DNA of 64,000 nucleotides from Candidatus Omnitrophota bacterium (GCA_035403965.1 DAONGE010000005.1:11009-75008); one strand, 5' to 3'; counted from the stretch's first letter, positions 41,001-49,019 are shown. Made by a program: numbers and translations. Notes: generated by a model from the sequence alone, not told the origin.

Positions 41001-43622
41001 TATTCAAATAAAACGGTAAGTACGATTAATATTGTAACTGGAGAATGGACAACATGTGATGTTTCCATCAATACGTGGGAAGTTGTGGGCGAACCATACT
41101 ATTTAGATTGTTTTAGCGAATTATGGCCAGATGCAACAAAAGAAACGGTGATAAAGGAAATGTATGATTGGGCGGATGAGGCACGAGCCCAAACAGGGAA
41201 CCCAAACATAAAACTTATGCTTAATGATTATATTTTTCTGGTGGATGGAAATTTACCCTGTTACGACTCATTGAAGAAGTTGGTTGATGCTGGTGTTAAA
41301 TTTGATATTCTCGGGATACAGGCTCACCATTTGATTGATGGGATGGCCGGGTACGATGTCCCATATAATTTAAGTGAACTTAGTTCAATCTTGGATAGAT
41401 ATGCATCGCTGGGGAAAACTATGTATATAACAGAATTTGAGATGCCGAGTAATAATAATGAAATCGTAGGTTCTGTATGGAGAGGGACCAATTGGGATGA
41501 AACGACACGGTCCCAGTATGTTAAGGATTTTTATACTTTGCTGTTTTCTCATCCTGCAATTGCGGGTATTTCATATTGGGACATGGTAGATGTGGCGGGA
41601 CAAGTGCAATATATCCCTTATTCTGGGCTGATCAACGCGGATCTGACTGTTAAAAAAACATACATGGATCTTAAAGATCTGATTAACAATCAATGGAAAA
41701 CAAAAATCGAACAAGCTATTACTGATGAGAACGGACAATATTCGTTTAGAGGTTTTGGTGGTACCTATAAAATATCTGTGGAGGTTGGCAGTGGAAAGAT
41801 GGTTTTTTACAAAGATTTGACTAGAGATCAGTTGAATGATTTGACACTTGTTGTATCAACCGTGCCGGCAGAGACACTATCTTGGATACCATCGAGCCCA
41901 AGTGTATATACTGAAGGTCAAGGTTTTTGGGTATCCGCGGCATATCAATTGGGTTTTGAAGGATATGCTTTGACTGGCCCCGGAGAGGTTGGTGACTATT
42001 TTGCGGTATCAGCAGGGAATTATTGTATTACGGTCACTGCAAGTGGTAGCCCGGCATATGGTGAATACCCCGAGGTTTTGGTTAAAGTGGACGGTATCTA
42101 TGTGAAATCGGCAGTAGTTCAAACAGTGTCTTTGGCCTCATTTACTAATATATCTGTTAATGTGGAATTGACGGAGGGTGTGCATGAAATTGCAGTTGAA
42201 TTTATTAATGATGGCTATGATGCGTCGACAGGGAACGATAGAAATCTTTTAGTTAACAGCATAAAAATAGATCCTACTTCTACTATTGGACAGACAACTC
42301 CAGTTTTAAGTAATAAAGCGGCGTGGATTGCGGCAGAAGCGGCGCGAGAGACCGAAATAATCGAAGAAGCGGAAGCGACTATCGAGGCTACAAGGAAATC
42401 AGATGCGGTTATTACGGTCGTGGATGAATCGGGTAATGTGATTGAAGGAGCGACGGTTACGATCAATCAGACCAGCAGTGATTTTCTCTTTGGTGCGAAT
42501 TTTGCGCTGGATGGGAGTAAAGACCTACAATATAACATTAACCTGCTGTTAACATATGAAGGTTTGTTCAACTATGTGACTATCGGCTGCTTTTGGGAAG
42601 AATTGGAGCCGACAGCGGATGTGCCTAATTGTGATTCTGCGAATTATAAATATTTCGAAATGCTTTTAGGCCTTGCTACGCAGATGGGAATGAAAATTAA
42701 AGCGTCGACTATTTTATGGGGCCAGGATGATCCAGGATTGCCGTCATGGGTATCGGCGCTTTCCGAGGCTGGTCAAATCGCGGCGATAGAAGAACATGTC
42801 CGTAAATTGGTTTCAACGTACAAAGAAAAGACTGTAACAACTTATGATCTGGAAGAGCTTAAGAAGGGTAATTGGGTCGAAAAATCCGTGACAGTGGAAA
42901 TTGATGATTGGGAGGTTGTAAATGAACCTTTTCACTATACGGGTGAATATGATCTCCAGGATGTCTATGCGATAGCTAAAGAGGCAAATCCGGACGCCAA
43001 CTTGATTATCAATGATTATAGCTGTTTTGAGGATGGAGCCGAAGAAGTATATGAAGGATATGAAGATGCGATAAATGATGGCGTCAGTTTTGACTCAATA
43101 GGATTACAGGCGCATCATTTGACCAATACTGCATTCCGGCTTTCTCAGCTTGAAACAGTCCTTGAAAAATATGCCGCACTAGGGAAGTCGTTGTATTTAA
43201 CAGAGTTTGAAGCGGAAACTACGGGAGAGGCGGTTCAAGGTGCGACATGGCGCGGTACCTGGACAAACGAAATGCAGGCAAAATATATAGCGGATTTTTA
43301 TAAGGTTATGTTCGCGAGCTCGGCGATCGCCGGTATAACTTATTGGGATATCATTGACAACGCGAGTTCAACATGGTGTCCGTACGGAGGGTTGCTTAAT
43401 GAGGATCTCACTGCGAAAGCATCTTATACCGTGCTTAAGGATCTGATATTGAATCAATGGCGGACTAATATTGATAACGCAGTGACAAATTCGGCCGGGC
43501 AGTATGCATTCAGGGGCTTTACTGGGACATATGAAGTGACCGTTACGGTTAACGGAGTTTCTAAGACATATGCCTGTAATGTCGCTGACGGGGATGCAAA
43601 TAATATGAAGTTGGTATTTTAA
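38052..43622 (+). CDS. giant secreted multidomain glycoside hydrolase-like protein (Thr/Tyr-rich repeat region plus two CBM-like/GH-A (GH10-like) modules)
   Basis: Signal peptide. About 600 aa of Tyr/Thr-rich degenerate repeats (…TYxYDxxGK…, YD-like). Then two paralogous modules, each a beta-sandwich CBM-like segment, an acidic linker (EEAEENIVASKTDATVTIVDESGNVIEGAQVTI / EEAEATIEATRKSDAVITVVDESGNVIEGATVTI) and a TIM-barrel glycosidase-like domain with WEVV(G/N)EP acid/base-type and (I/L)TEFE nucleophile-type motifs. Confidence 0.65.
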   Translation: MKNLLKKFRASKVTKTLVLMLSFNVAVFGIPFDSAHAIDPANQSDYKTIPQSMSGGTSQLEVVRQNSISEIQGKVNTTTTHDTTWKKETINASTGVKTVYIYASETDKSKGRYSTVMTYRADGTLSAETGYVYNTYNGTLTRKTDYGLTYGTDGKTLTAASKYQYDENGKTSVYAKITYSATSGYSNIKVTEYKSGTSLAENYYEYKLDGTFVKRDYYVYDANNKVNWKMTDAASSAAYSLYEYDVTTGKNIRVYTFNKSDGVRTKETGYLWYTNTTTAKTSQLTAYSITYNTDGSTIKTAEYRTYSEGVLVTKIVDTASTNLRQEYQYTGGVRLTLYRTYTSGVLTAEAAYTYVASVNKDLQTRVSSYNSSGCIYKETCYEYYDTGKTKTVIKDTRSNDGKILLSRSISNYNTAGTIVLSIEAYAYTSAGVLSTYAFTQNDEAGKKITTTKSYYSNGKYVYKEYTYVYCSGTNILSTLTTDSKNSSGVILSRSIATYDSTGKIVLTSEVFTYSSGVLTSHVLTNYDTTGKTVVFSQTEVYSNGIIQSSVITRLESAVKEIYTYTAGVLTSMTQYNLAGTVLQQMTVYLRINGLDKVTDITCYDTNGNVVGKTDYDYYDSAVAKTQATYDFTNLTYSYVSYAEDGTILKNVSNAIALSEWNATKSDISTLGFNGYLKNGEVGWYTNQSGYVKQYIKVLADGVYQVSFRAEGVALDGVYPLISVSVDGLGVEIANVNSSEPGLYTVTLNLAEGIHSVGLDFVNATAKQTDPSGASEYLWRSVTIGDISIDNTVAGAMPVILCEDSEWEEYESAKEEEVLAEAEENIVASKTDATVTIVDESGNVIEGAQVTIEETESDFVFGTNYMWIEKFDTFEENLEYNLALIDEIAAISNQATVPLFWSFLAPQAVLDGDGNVQDISLSTDAIASLDLQLGLLAQKGITDINGATLVWENSDFMPQTWLAGLSNEQKKMALKLYIQKIIKMYSNKTVSTINIVTGEWTTCDVSINTWEVVGEPYYLDCFSELWPDATKETVIKEMYDWADEARAQTGNPNIKLMLNDYIFLVDGNLPCYDSLKKLVDAGVKFDILGIQAHHLIDGMAGYDVPYNLSELSSILDRYASLGKTMYITEFEMPSNNNEIVGSVWRGTNWDETTRSQYVKDFYTLLFSHPAIAGISYWDMVDVAGQVQYIPYSGLINADLTVKKTYMDLKDLINNQWKTKIEQAITDENGQYSFRGFGGTYKISVEVGSGKMVFYKDLTRDQLNDLTLVVSTVPAETLSWIPSSPSVYTEGQGFWVSAAYQLGFEGYALTGPGEVGDYFAVSAGNYCITVTASGSPAYGEYPEVLVKVDGIYVKSAVVQTVSLASFTNISVNVELTEGVHEIAVEFINDGYDASTGNDRNLLVNSIKIDPTSTIGQTTPVLSNKAAWIAAEAARETEIIEEAEATIEATRKSDAVITVVDESGNVIEGATVTINQTSSDFLFGANFALDGSKDLQYNINLLLTYEGLFNYVTIGCFWEELEPTADVPNCDSANYKYFEMLLGLATQMGMKIKASTILWGQDDPGLPSWVSALSEAGQIAAIEEHVRKLVSTYKEKTVTTYDLEELKKGNWVEKSVTVEIDDWEVVNEPFHYTGEYDLQDVYAIAKEANPDANLIINDYSCFEDGAEEVYEGYEDAINDGVSFDSIGLQAHHLTNTAFRLSQLETVLEKYAALGKSLYLTEFEAETTGEAVQGATWRGTWTNEMQAKYIADFYKVMFASSAIAGITYWDIIDNASSTWCPYGGLLNEDLTAKASYTVLKDLILNQWRTNIDNAVTNSAGQYAFRGFTGTYEVTVTVNGVSKTYACNVADGDANNMKLVF

Positions 43623-43668
43623 CTGATATCGGAGCCGGATGGTGCGTTGCCTTCTGGTCTAGTTCAAG

Positions 43669-43702
43669 TCGTGGGGCGTGTAGGGGCGCCCCACGTTTTT
43701 TT
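43669..43702 (+). terminator. intrinsic terminator after the giant gene
   Basis: CGTGGGGCG-TGTAGGG-GCGCCCCACG 9-bp GC stem followed by TTTTTTT. Confidence 0.8.
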
Positions 43703-43795
43703 AGTAATATGTAATATAACGAAAAAATACTTTTCAAAATGGGACCTTGTAGTATAATAAAAACGCTCGATTTTTGATAATCAGGTATATTTCGC

Positions 43796-43869
43796 TGGGA
43801 GATGGTGTAACGGTAACACTGATGACTCTGGATCATCCGTTCTTGGTTCGAATCCAAGTCTCCCAGCCA
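43796..43869 (+). tRNA. tRNA-Gln (CTG)
   Basis: U1-A72 acceptor (TGGGAGA/TCTCCCA). Anticodon stem GATGA/TCATC with loop CTCTGGA. T-arm CTTGG-TTCGAAT-CCAAG. Discriminator G and encoded CCA, as in E. coli tRNA-Gln. Confidence 0.85.
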
Positions 43870-44410
43870 TAAAAATCTTTGACAGAAATGTGACGTGGGA
43901 TTTTTATGGGTTCGAAGGCGATGCCTTCGAACCTGAAACTTCCTCGGTTTTTCGTGAAAATGAATTTTCCCGAAAAACCTCGTCAGTTTCAGCTGGGAGT
44001 CTTGGGCTTCTCGCGCGCGTGGCGCGCTCGTCGTCCAAGTTTTCCAGCCAAAATATTTGACAGAGATCAAAATGGTATTTTGGTGAAAAGGGCTTCGCCC
44101 TTTTCTGTGCAAACTCGTCGATTTTTTGAAAGAATGAATTCTTTAAAAAGATCTCCTCGTTTGCACCTGGGAGCCTTGGGCTCCTCGCGCGCGTGGCGCG
44201 CTCGGTGTCCAAGTTTTTCAGCCAAAAAATCTTTGACAGAAATGTGACGTGGGATTTTTATGGGTTCGAAGGCGATGCCTTCGAACCTGAAACTTCCTCG
44301 GTTTTTCGTGAAAATGAATTTTCCCGAAAAACCTCGTCAGTTTCAGCTGTGAGCCTTGGGCAGCTCGCCTTCGGCTCGCTGTCCAAGTTTTTCAGCATAA
44401 TATTTGGAAG
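43870..44410 (+). repeat. tandem array of three roughly 176-bp units (A, B, A') immediately 3' of tRNA-Gln. Each has a TTGACA -35 element, conserved hairpins and a 3' end mimicking the tRNA-Gln acceptor/T-arm (…CCAAGTTTTCCAGCCA)
   Basis: Unit starts (TTGACA) at 43879, 44057 and 44233. Units A and A' are nearly identical for about 150 nt. Unit B has a different middle but the same architecture. Each has a perfect 11-bp hairpin (GGTTCGAAGGC-GAT-GCCTTCGAACC, or GAAAAGGGC-TTC-GCCCTTTTC in B), a long AT-rich hairpin, and a GC hairpin flanked by CTTGG/CCAAG and a T-run. Confidence 0.8.
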
Positions 44411-44439
44411 AGATACAATATTATATTTTGATGTTTGTA

Positions 44440-44533
44440 GGCGTAACGGAGATGAAGTCCTCCGGCTTGTTGTAAGCGAACTGCCCTAAAGGGCTGATGA
44501 CCTCTACCAATTGGGTAGAGGTTTTTTTATTTT
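44440..44533 (+). ncRNA. fluoride riboswitch (crcB motif) with terminator expression platform
   Basis: GGAGAUGAAGUCCUCC…CUGCCCUAAAGGGCUGAUGACCUCUAC closely matches the crcB-motif core (compare GGCGAUGAGGCCCGCC…CUGCCCUGAAAAGGGCUGAUGGCCUCUAC). The 3' CCTCTACC is shared with the terminator stem CCTCTACC-AATT-GGGTAGAGG + T7. crcB lies immediately downstream. The inter-helix linker is atypically long (17 nt). Confidence 0.75.
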
Positions 44534-44543
44534 AGGAGGTAAA

Positions 44544-44918
44544 ATGGGAAAAATAATGAGTCTTTTTATCGGAGGAACTATTGGCACGTTTGCCAGATAC
44601 TTTCTTTCCACATATATCCACTCTGTTGTAGGGGTTGGATTTCCGTACGGCACGTTTGTGGTTAATATTATAGGGTGTTTTATTATTGGGTTTATTGCCG
44701 CGTTTGCCGACAATAAAATCTTGTTTGATAGTAACCTTAGACTTCTTTTGATGGTGGGTTTCTGCGGGGCATTTACCACATTTTCAAGTTTTATTTTTGA
44801 GACTTCAGGACTTTTGCGGGAGGGAGAATCAGTAAAGGCCTTTTTGAACATAATAAGCAGTGTGACTGTCGGTTTTATTGTTTTCAGAATAGGTGCTGTC
44901 TTAGGTAAACTTATATAA
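44544..44918 (+). CDS. crcB: fluoride ion channel CrcB/Fluc
   Basis: 125-aa four-TM protein with CrcB-like motifs (…GTFxxN…GxxTFSSF…). Preceded by the fluoride riboswitch. RBS AGGAGG. Confidence 0.85.
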   Translation: MGKIMSLFIGGTIGTFARYFLSTYIHSVVGVGFPYGTFVVNIIGCFIIGFIAAFADNKILFDSNLRLLLMVGFCGAFTTFSSFIFETSGLLREGESVKAFLNIISSVTVGFIVFRIGAVLGKLI

Positions 44919-44930
44919 AAAGGAGGCAAT

Positions 44931-45263
44931 ATGCAGATACCGTCGGAAGGGAAGCTATTACGAATATTTGTTGGTGAAGCGGATAAATATAAAGGACAGC
45001 CATTGTATCAGGCTATTGTGCGTCTTGCCAAAGAAAAAGGTATGGCAGGAGCGACAGTAATAAGGGGGATAATGGGTTTTGGGTGTAAAAGCCATATGCA
45101 TATGGCCAAGTTGTTGGACATATCGACGGATCTACCGATGATTGTGGAAATAGTTGATGGGGAACAAAAAATCAATGATTTTATTCCATATGTTAATGAA
45201 ATGGTGAAAGAAGGTTTAGTTACACTTGAAAAAGCCAACGTTATTATGTATCGGGCAGGATAG
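44931..45263 (+). CDS. DUF190 (PII-like) protein commonly linked to crcB
   Basis: 110 aa, …LLRIFVGE.DKY.G.PLY… pattern of DUF190/COG1993. Immediately downstream of crcB. Confidence 0.65.
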   Translation: MQIPSEGKLLRIFVGEADKYKGQPLYQAIVRLAKEKGMAGATVIRGIMGFGCKSHMHMAKLLDISTDLPMIVEIVDGEQKINDFIPYVNEMVKEGLVTLEKANVIMYRAG

Positions 45264-45311
45264 AGTGAGCTTGTTGTAATATAGTTTTTTAATGGTAAAC
45301 TTCTATTTGAT

Positions 45312-45992
45312 ATGTTCCCTAAAAATACGGTTAAGGTCTTAATTATTTTTTTGTCGGTTATTGCCGCGGTGTTCTTCGCCCGGGTGATGGCTCAGCGTTT
45401 CTATGAAAACGGGATACTTAAAAAAATAATAACCCGCCTTGAGGCTGACTCACGCATCGCTGAAGTGCTTGTCACTGCGGCCAAATACGATCCGGCGATA
45501 AAAAAGACAACAACCACTATAAAATTCCTCGAATATGACGTCAATGGTAAGCCCATCGCCCCCAAGTATTTTACTTTTTCCGGTAATGTCATACAATTCC
45601 AGTCGCTGGTTATTCGTTTTAAGGATATACACGTCGAGTCCGGAGATAGCATGAAAGGGAAGAGCGCTTATTTATTCTGGAAAGCGTTCGTTCTTGATGG
45701 CAGGAACACACAGGAATACGAGATAACGAAATTATACGAAGTGCCGGACGGTTACCGCACGGATAAGATCATCAGTCCATTTGAGGAGGATCTCTGGAAA
45801 AAATTATGGGTTTACGCACTTGATCAAAAAGAATCCGACGCGATGGGAATAAAGAACGCGCAGATAGAGGCGCCAGGTACAAAATTTATTCCAGGTACGC
45901 TATATACGATAAGGATAGAGCATGACGGCGGGATAAGAATAGATACTCAGATCTTGCCGTTTATTTTGCGTGGCGAGAAAATACTCGAATAA
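45312..45992 (+). CDS. hypothetical membrane-anchored protein
   Basis: ORF with an N-terminal TM/signal anchor. No recognisable domain. Confidence 0.4.
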   Translation: MFPKNTVKVLIIFLSVIAAVFFARVMAQRFYENGILKKIITRLEADSRIAEVLVTAAKYDPAIKKTTTTIKFLEYDVNGKPIAPKYFTFSGNVIQFQSLVIRFKDIHVESGDSMKGKSAYLFWKAFVLDGRNTQEYEITKLYEVPDGYRTDKIISPFEEDLWKKLWVYALDQKESDAMGIKNAQIEAPGTKFIPGTLYTIRIEHDGGIRIDTQILPFILRGEKILE

Positions 45993-46207
45993 CCGGCGGT
46001 TTTTTACGCCATGAACTAAAGCCCCCAGTGTCCTTTTATTAGGATAGAACCTATAAAATCTCTTGCTATCCGGCTCTGAGGTATGTATAATTATTTGCAC
46101 GTTATGTTAGGAATAACATGAAGTTGGATTTAAAAATATAATATTCAGGGTGTGCTAAGTTGGCGGCTCTGAAATTATGTATCCTAATAGAAAAGAAGGA
46201 AAAAAAT

Positions 46208-46651
46208 ATGTGGTACAGACTGATTATTATCGCGGTACTGGCTGTAGGGCTTGTGGGTTGTGCGACTACTTCCACCAGAAAGGGTAACGTGACGCTTCAG
46301 CAACTGGATGGTCGCGTGACCGAACTTGAGAAAAAGATTGACCAGAAAGATCAGCAGATACGCGAGGTCAAGGGAAATGAGGATATCTCCAGCGAAGAAA
46401 TGAGCAGGGTCAAGGATGTTAATGTTTCGTCGGATAGCTATGACGAAGCTTCCTCTGGATCGGCTAAAATATCACCGAAAAATATCCAGAAGGCTCTTAA
46501 GAAGGCCGGGTACTATTCTGGTTCGGTTGATGGAAAGATCGGTCGGATGACCAAAAAAGCCGTAAAGGATTTTCAGGAAGCCAACGGGCTTACGGCTGAC
46601 GGTGTTGTCGGGAAGAAAACTTGGTCGAAACTGAAAAGATATCTGGATTAA
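46208..46651 (+). CDS. lipoprotein with C-terminal peptidoglycan-binding (PG_binding_1) domain
   Basis: Lipobox LVGC. C-terminal …KALKKAGYYSGSVDGKIGRMTKKAVKDFQEANGLTADGVVGKKTW… motif. Confidence 0.65.
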   Translation: MWYRLIIIAVLAVGLVGCATTSTRKGNVTLQQLDGRVTELEKKIDQKDQQIREVKGNEDISSEEMSRVKDVNVSSDSYDEASSGSAKISPKNIQKALKKAGYYSGSVDGKIGRMTKKAVKDFQEANGLTADGVVGKKTWSKLKRYLD

Positions 46652-46674
46652 TAGTTGTAAGGAAGTTTAAATAT

Positions 46675-46724
46675 AATGCGGCATTGTTTGACGAAGATCG
46701 TCTGATAATGCCGCATGTTTTTTG
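46675..46724 (+). terminator. intrinsic terminator
   Basis: ATGCGGCATT…AATGCCGCAT 10-bp stem (containing an inner GACGAAGATCGTC hairpin) followed by GTTTTTTG. Confidence 0.7.
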
Positions 46725-46753
46725 AGTGACGTTTTTGTCGAGCGGACGATAAT

Positions 46754-47524
46754 ATGGGATCGCAGAAAAAAACTCCTACATTCACGATCAACAATATGCT
46801 GTTCCCAATACTTGTGATCGCGGCAAATATATTCGTGTTTTTTTATTTCAAGAACCATGTGGCTGATCCGAAACTTATTCAGCAATTCATACTTACCCCG
46901 GAAAATGTTTTCGCCAAAGGGCGGTGGTATTGTGTTATAACTTCCGGTTTTATACATAAGGATATGAGCCATCTTTTATTTAACGCGGTCGGGATCTTGA
47001 TCTTCGGCAGTGTTGCGGAAAAACGGTTCGGTTTTTTTAAAACCCTATTTATCTATATAGGGGCGTTGGCCCTGTCGATGTTTTTCTCGACGTTCGTATA
47101 TACGTTTATTATGCATAAAAATGTGGGGATAATCGGTGCGTCGGGGGCAGTCATGGGGCTTATGTCGTGTGCTATCCTGACGGACCCTTTTCTGATAACC
47201 TTTGAGACAATAATACCGCTTCCGCTTATGCTTAAAGGCTGGATGTTTTTTTATGCCGATATTCATGGTTTTCTGGGCGGTGAGACCGACAGGGTTAGCC
47301 ATTTGGCTCATTTATTCGGTTTTTTGTCGATCGCCGTTATAATTTATTTTCTAAGTAAAAATGACAGGAAAATTCTGCTTACGGGGCTCATTGTAAATAT
47401 ACTGTCATTTTCCGCTTTTCTGGCGTTCAGCGAATATGTGGCGAAAAATGGGAATACCCCTGTTTTACAGGATATAAATATCCTTTTGAATCATATTAAG
47501 GCCAGATTGTCCAAAGGGGCGTAA
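46754..47524 (+). CDS. rhomboid family intramembrane serine protease
   Basis: Multi-TM protein. GASGAVMGLM (GxSG) serine motif and a downstream catalytic His in a TM segment (AHLFGF). Confidence 0.75.
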   Translation: MGSQKKTPTFTINNMLFPILVIAANIFVFFYFKNHVADPKLIQQFILTPENVFAKGRWYCVITSGFIHKDMSHLLFNAVGILIFGSVAEKRFGFFKTLFIYIGALALSMFFSTFVYTFIMHKNVGIIGASGAVMGLMSCAILTDPFLITFETIIPLPLMLKGWMFFYADIHGFLGGETDRVSHLAHLFGFLSIAVIIYFLSKNDRKILLTGLIVNILSFSAFLAFSEYVAKNGNTPVLQDINILLNHIKARLSKGA

Positions 47525-47545
47525 TGTCAGATAAAAGGAGGAGAT

Positions 47546-47968
47546 ATGAAAGCCGTTATTGTCATGTTGTTCAGTATTTTTTTTGCGGTAAATGTTTTTG
47601 GAGGAGATCTTGTAAAGCTTGACGAGTCTAATGTTAAAAAGTTTATAGAGGTATATCCGGAATATAAGGCACTTATGCTTAAGTATGGGGAGAACGCAAA
47701 TCCTGCTAATGGTGCGGCCGTAGCTTTAAAATATAAGGCGGAAGTTGACGCTCTTTTACAGACTCACGGCTTGACGTTTGAGGAATTTCCGATAATAGCC
47801 AGTAAAATAGGATACGGACTTTCGGCGGCGGCTATTAAAGAGCAGGGTATGTCCCCCGAGGCTTTTGGGTTTAAAAATTATGTTACGGAAGATGAGATAA
47901 ATGTTGTTCTTCAAAATAAAGATAAATTACAGGAGATTCTTGCCGAAGATGCGCCGGGAGAAGAATAA
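47546..47968 (+). CDS. hypothetical secreted protein
   Basis: Signal peptide. No recognisable domain. Confidence 0.4.
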   Translation: MKAVIVMLFSIFFAVNVFGGDLVKLDESNVKKFIEVYPEYKALMLKYGENANPANGAAVALKYKAEVDALLQTHGLTFEEFPIIASKIGYGLSAAAIKEQGMSPEAFGFKNYVTEDEINVVLQNKDKLQEILAEDAPGEE

Positions 47969-47997
47969 GATAAAATCATATAATATAAAACCGGGAC

Positions 47998-48891
47998 CTA
48001 TTGTAAATATTGCCCGGATCCGATGATATAGGGAATATTGTCTATATTGATCTTTTTCACACAGGATCTTTTCCTGGTCGGGACACGGGTGTCGGGATAC
48101 GGGTAAATATGTTCGATCCACGTGTACTTATCGTAAAGTGCTTCTTTAATGAATTTTTGAACGAAAAAATCACCCTTGATATCTTTCAGATTGATCGTGT
48201 TTTGGCCTTCCATATTCGTGAATATCGGATCCGCGAGGTGTACGCCGTCTTCCGACATGACGAAGATATATACATCCCGGAAGTAAAATCGGCTTTGTTT
48301 GTTCCTAAAATCATTGAAACATTGTGTGCCTTTTGTTTTTGAATCCGCTATAGCCAAGTCTAGTGTATCAAGGATAAAGGCTTTTTCGGTGCGTATGTCA
48401 TAAAGCCCCGTTCCGACAATATAGATTCGTCCAGAATGCGTATATGCTTTTTTAAAATATGAACTTTTCCATGAAGGGGTGGTTGCCCCGGGCTTTGTCC
48501 ACATATAATGTGCCCAGGTGTGATCTCTGCCCGGGGATTGAAGATCTGCTATTATCCATTGCACGAATTTTTTACCGATCGCGTCAGTCAGACTTTTTTC
48601 ATCGCGTCCCATCCGTGAGAGGTCTGAAGGGTCGACGTATCTTATTCCGTTTATGTCGAATACTTCAATATAAACGTCGCCGGAGAACCATTTGGAGTCT
48701 TTTTTATTGAATTCAAAAAAGGCCAGTTCGCCGTTTGCTTCTAGGAACTTTACAGCGTCGTTTACGAGCGATACGATCCTGACAGTTTCGGGATATTCGT
48801 ATTCACGTTCGGGCTTTTCGTCGGCGAAAGACCCGAATGACACGCATGATAAAAATGGAAGTATAAAAAATAATATTTTAAATTTGGCCAT
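47998..48891 (-). CDS. secreted protein with two tandem Cache/PDC-like repeats (hypothetical)
   Basis: Signal peptide MAKFKILFFILPFLSCVSFG at the chosen start (ATG 48891). Two internally similar segments (…FFEFNKKDSKWFSGDVYIEVFDINGIRYVDP… / …FNDFRNKQSRFYFRDVYIFVMSEDGVHLADP…). The longer tracked N-terminus runs into the repeat region and is rejected. Confidence 0.45.
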   Translation of the reverse strand: MAKFKILFFILPFLSCVSFGSFADEKPEREYEYPETVRIVSLVNDAVKFLEANGELAFFEFNKKDSKWFSGDVYIEVFDINGIRYVDPSDLSRMGRDEKSLTDAIGKKFVQWIIADLQSPGRDHTWAHYMWTKPGATTPSWKSSYFKKAYTHSGRIYIVGTGLYDIRTEKAFILDTLDLAIADSKTKGTQCFNDFRNKQSRFYFRDVYIFVMSEDGVHLADPIFTNMEGQNTINLKDIKGDFFVQKFIKEALYDKYTWIEHIYPYPDTRVPTRKRSCVKKINIDNIPYIIGSGQYLQ

Positions 48892-49019
48892 AAAATCCCG
48901 CATTGATTTTAAACACGATAAGTATACAGCAAAATAGTGAAATTTTACAGGGGCTAAATTTAGAAGGATCATAAAGGTGTGAAATAAGTTGAAATGATGC
49001 CTAAAGACAAAAGCAACCC

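Noticed and set aside
43870-44410. Possibility that the tandem repeats are a CRISPR array
   Set aside because: Units are about 176 bp with no short repeat-spacer alternation. Each unit is mostly conserved rather than carrying unique spacers. No cas genes are in the window.
43904-44489. ORFs of 98-113 aa (43906..44247 +, 44193..44489 +, 43904..44212 -) inside the tRNA-Gln repeat array
   Set aside because: They read straight through perfect hairpins and terminator-like stems, and change frame at every 176-bp unit (period not divisible by 3). They have no RBS and look like translation of structured repeat DNA rather than genes.
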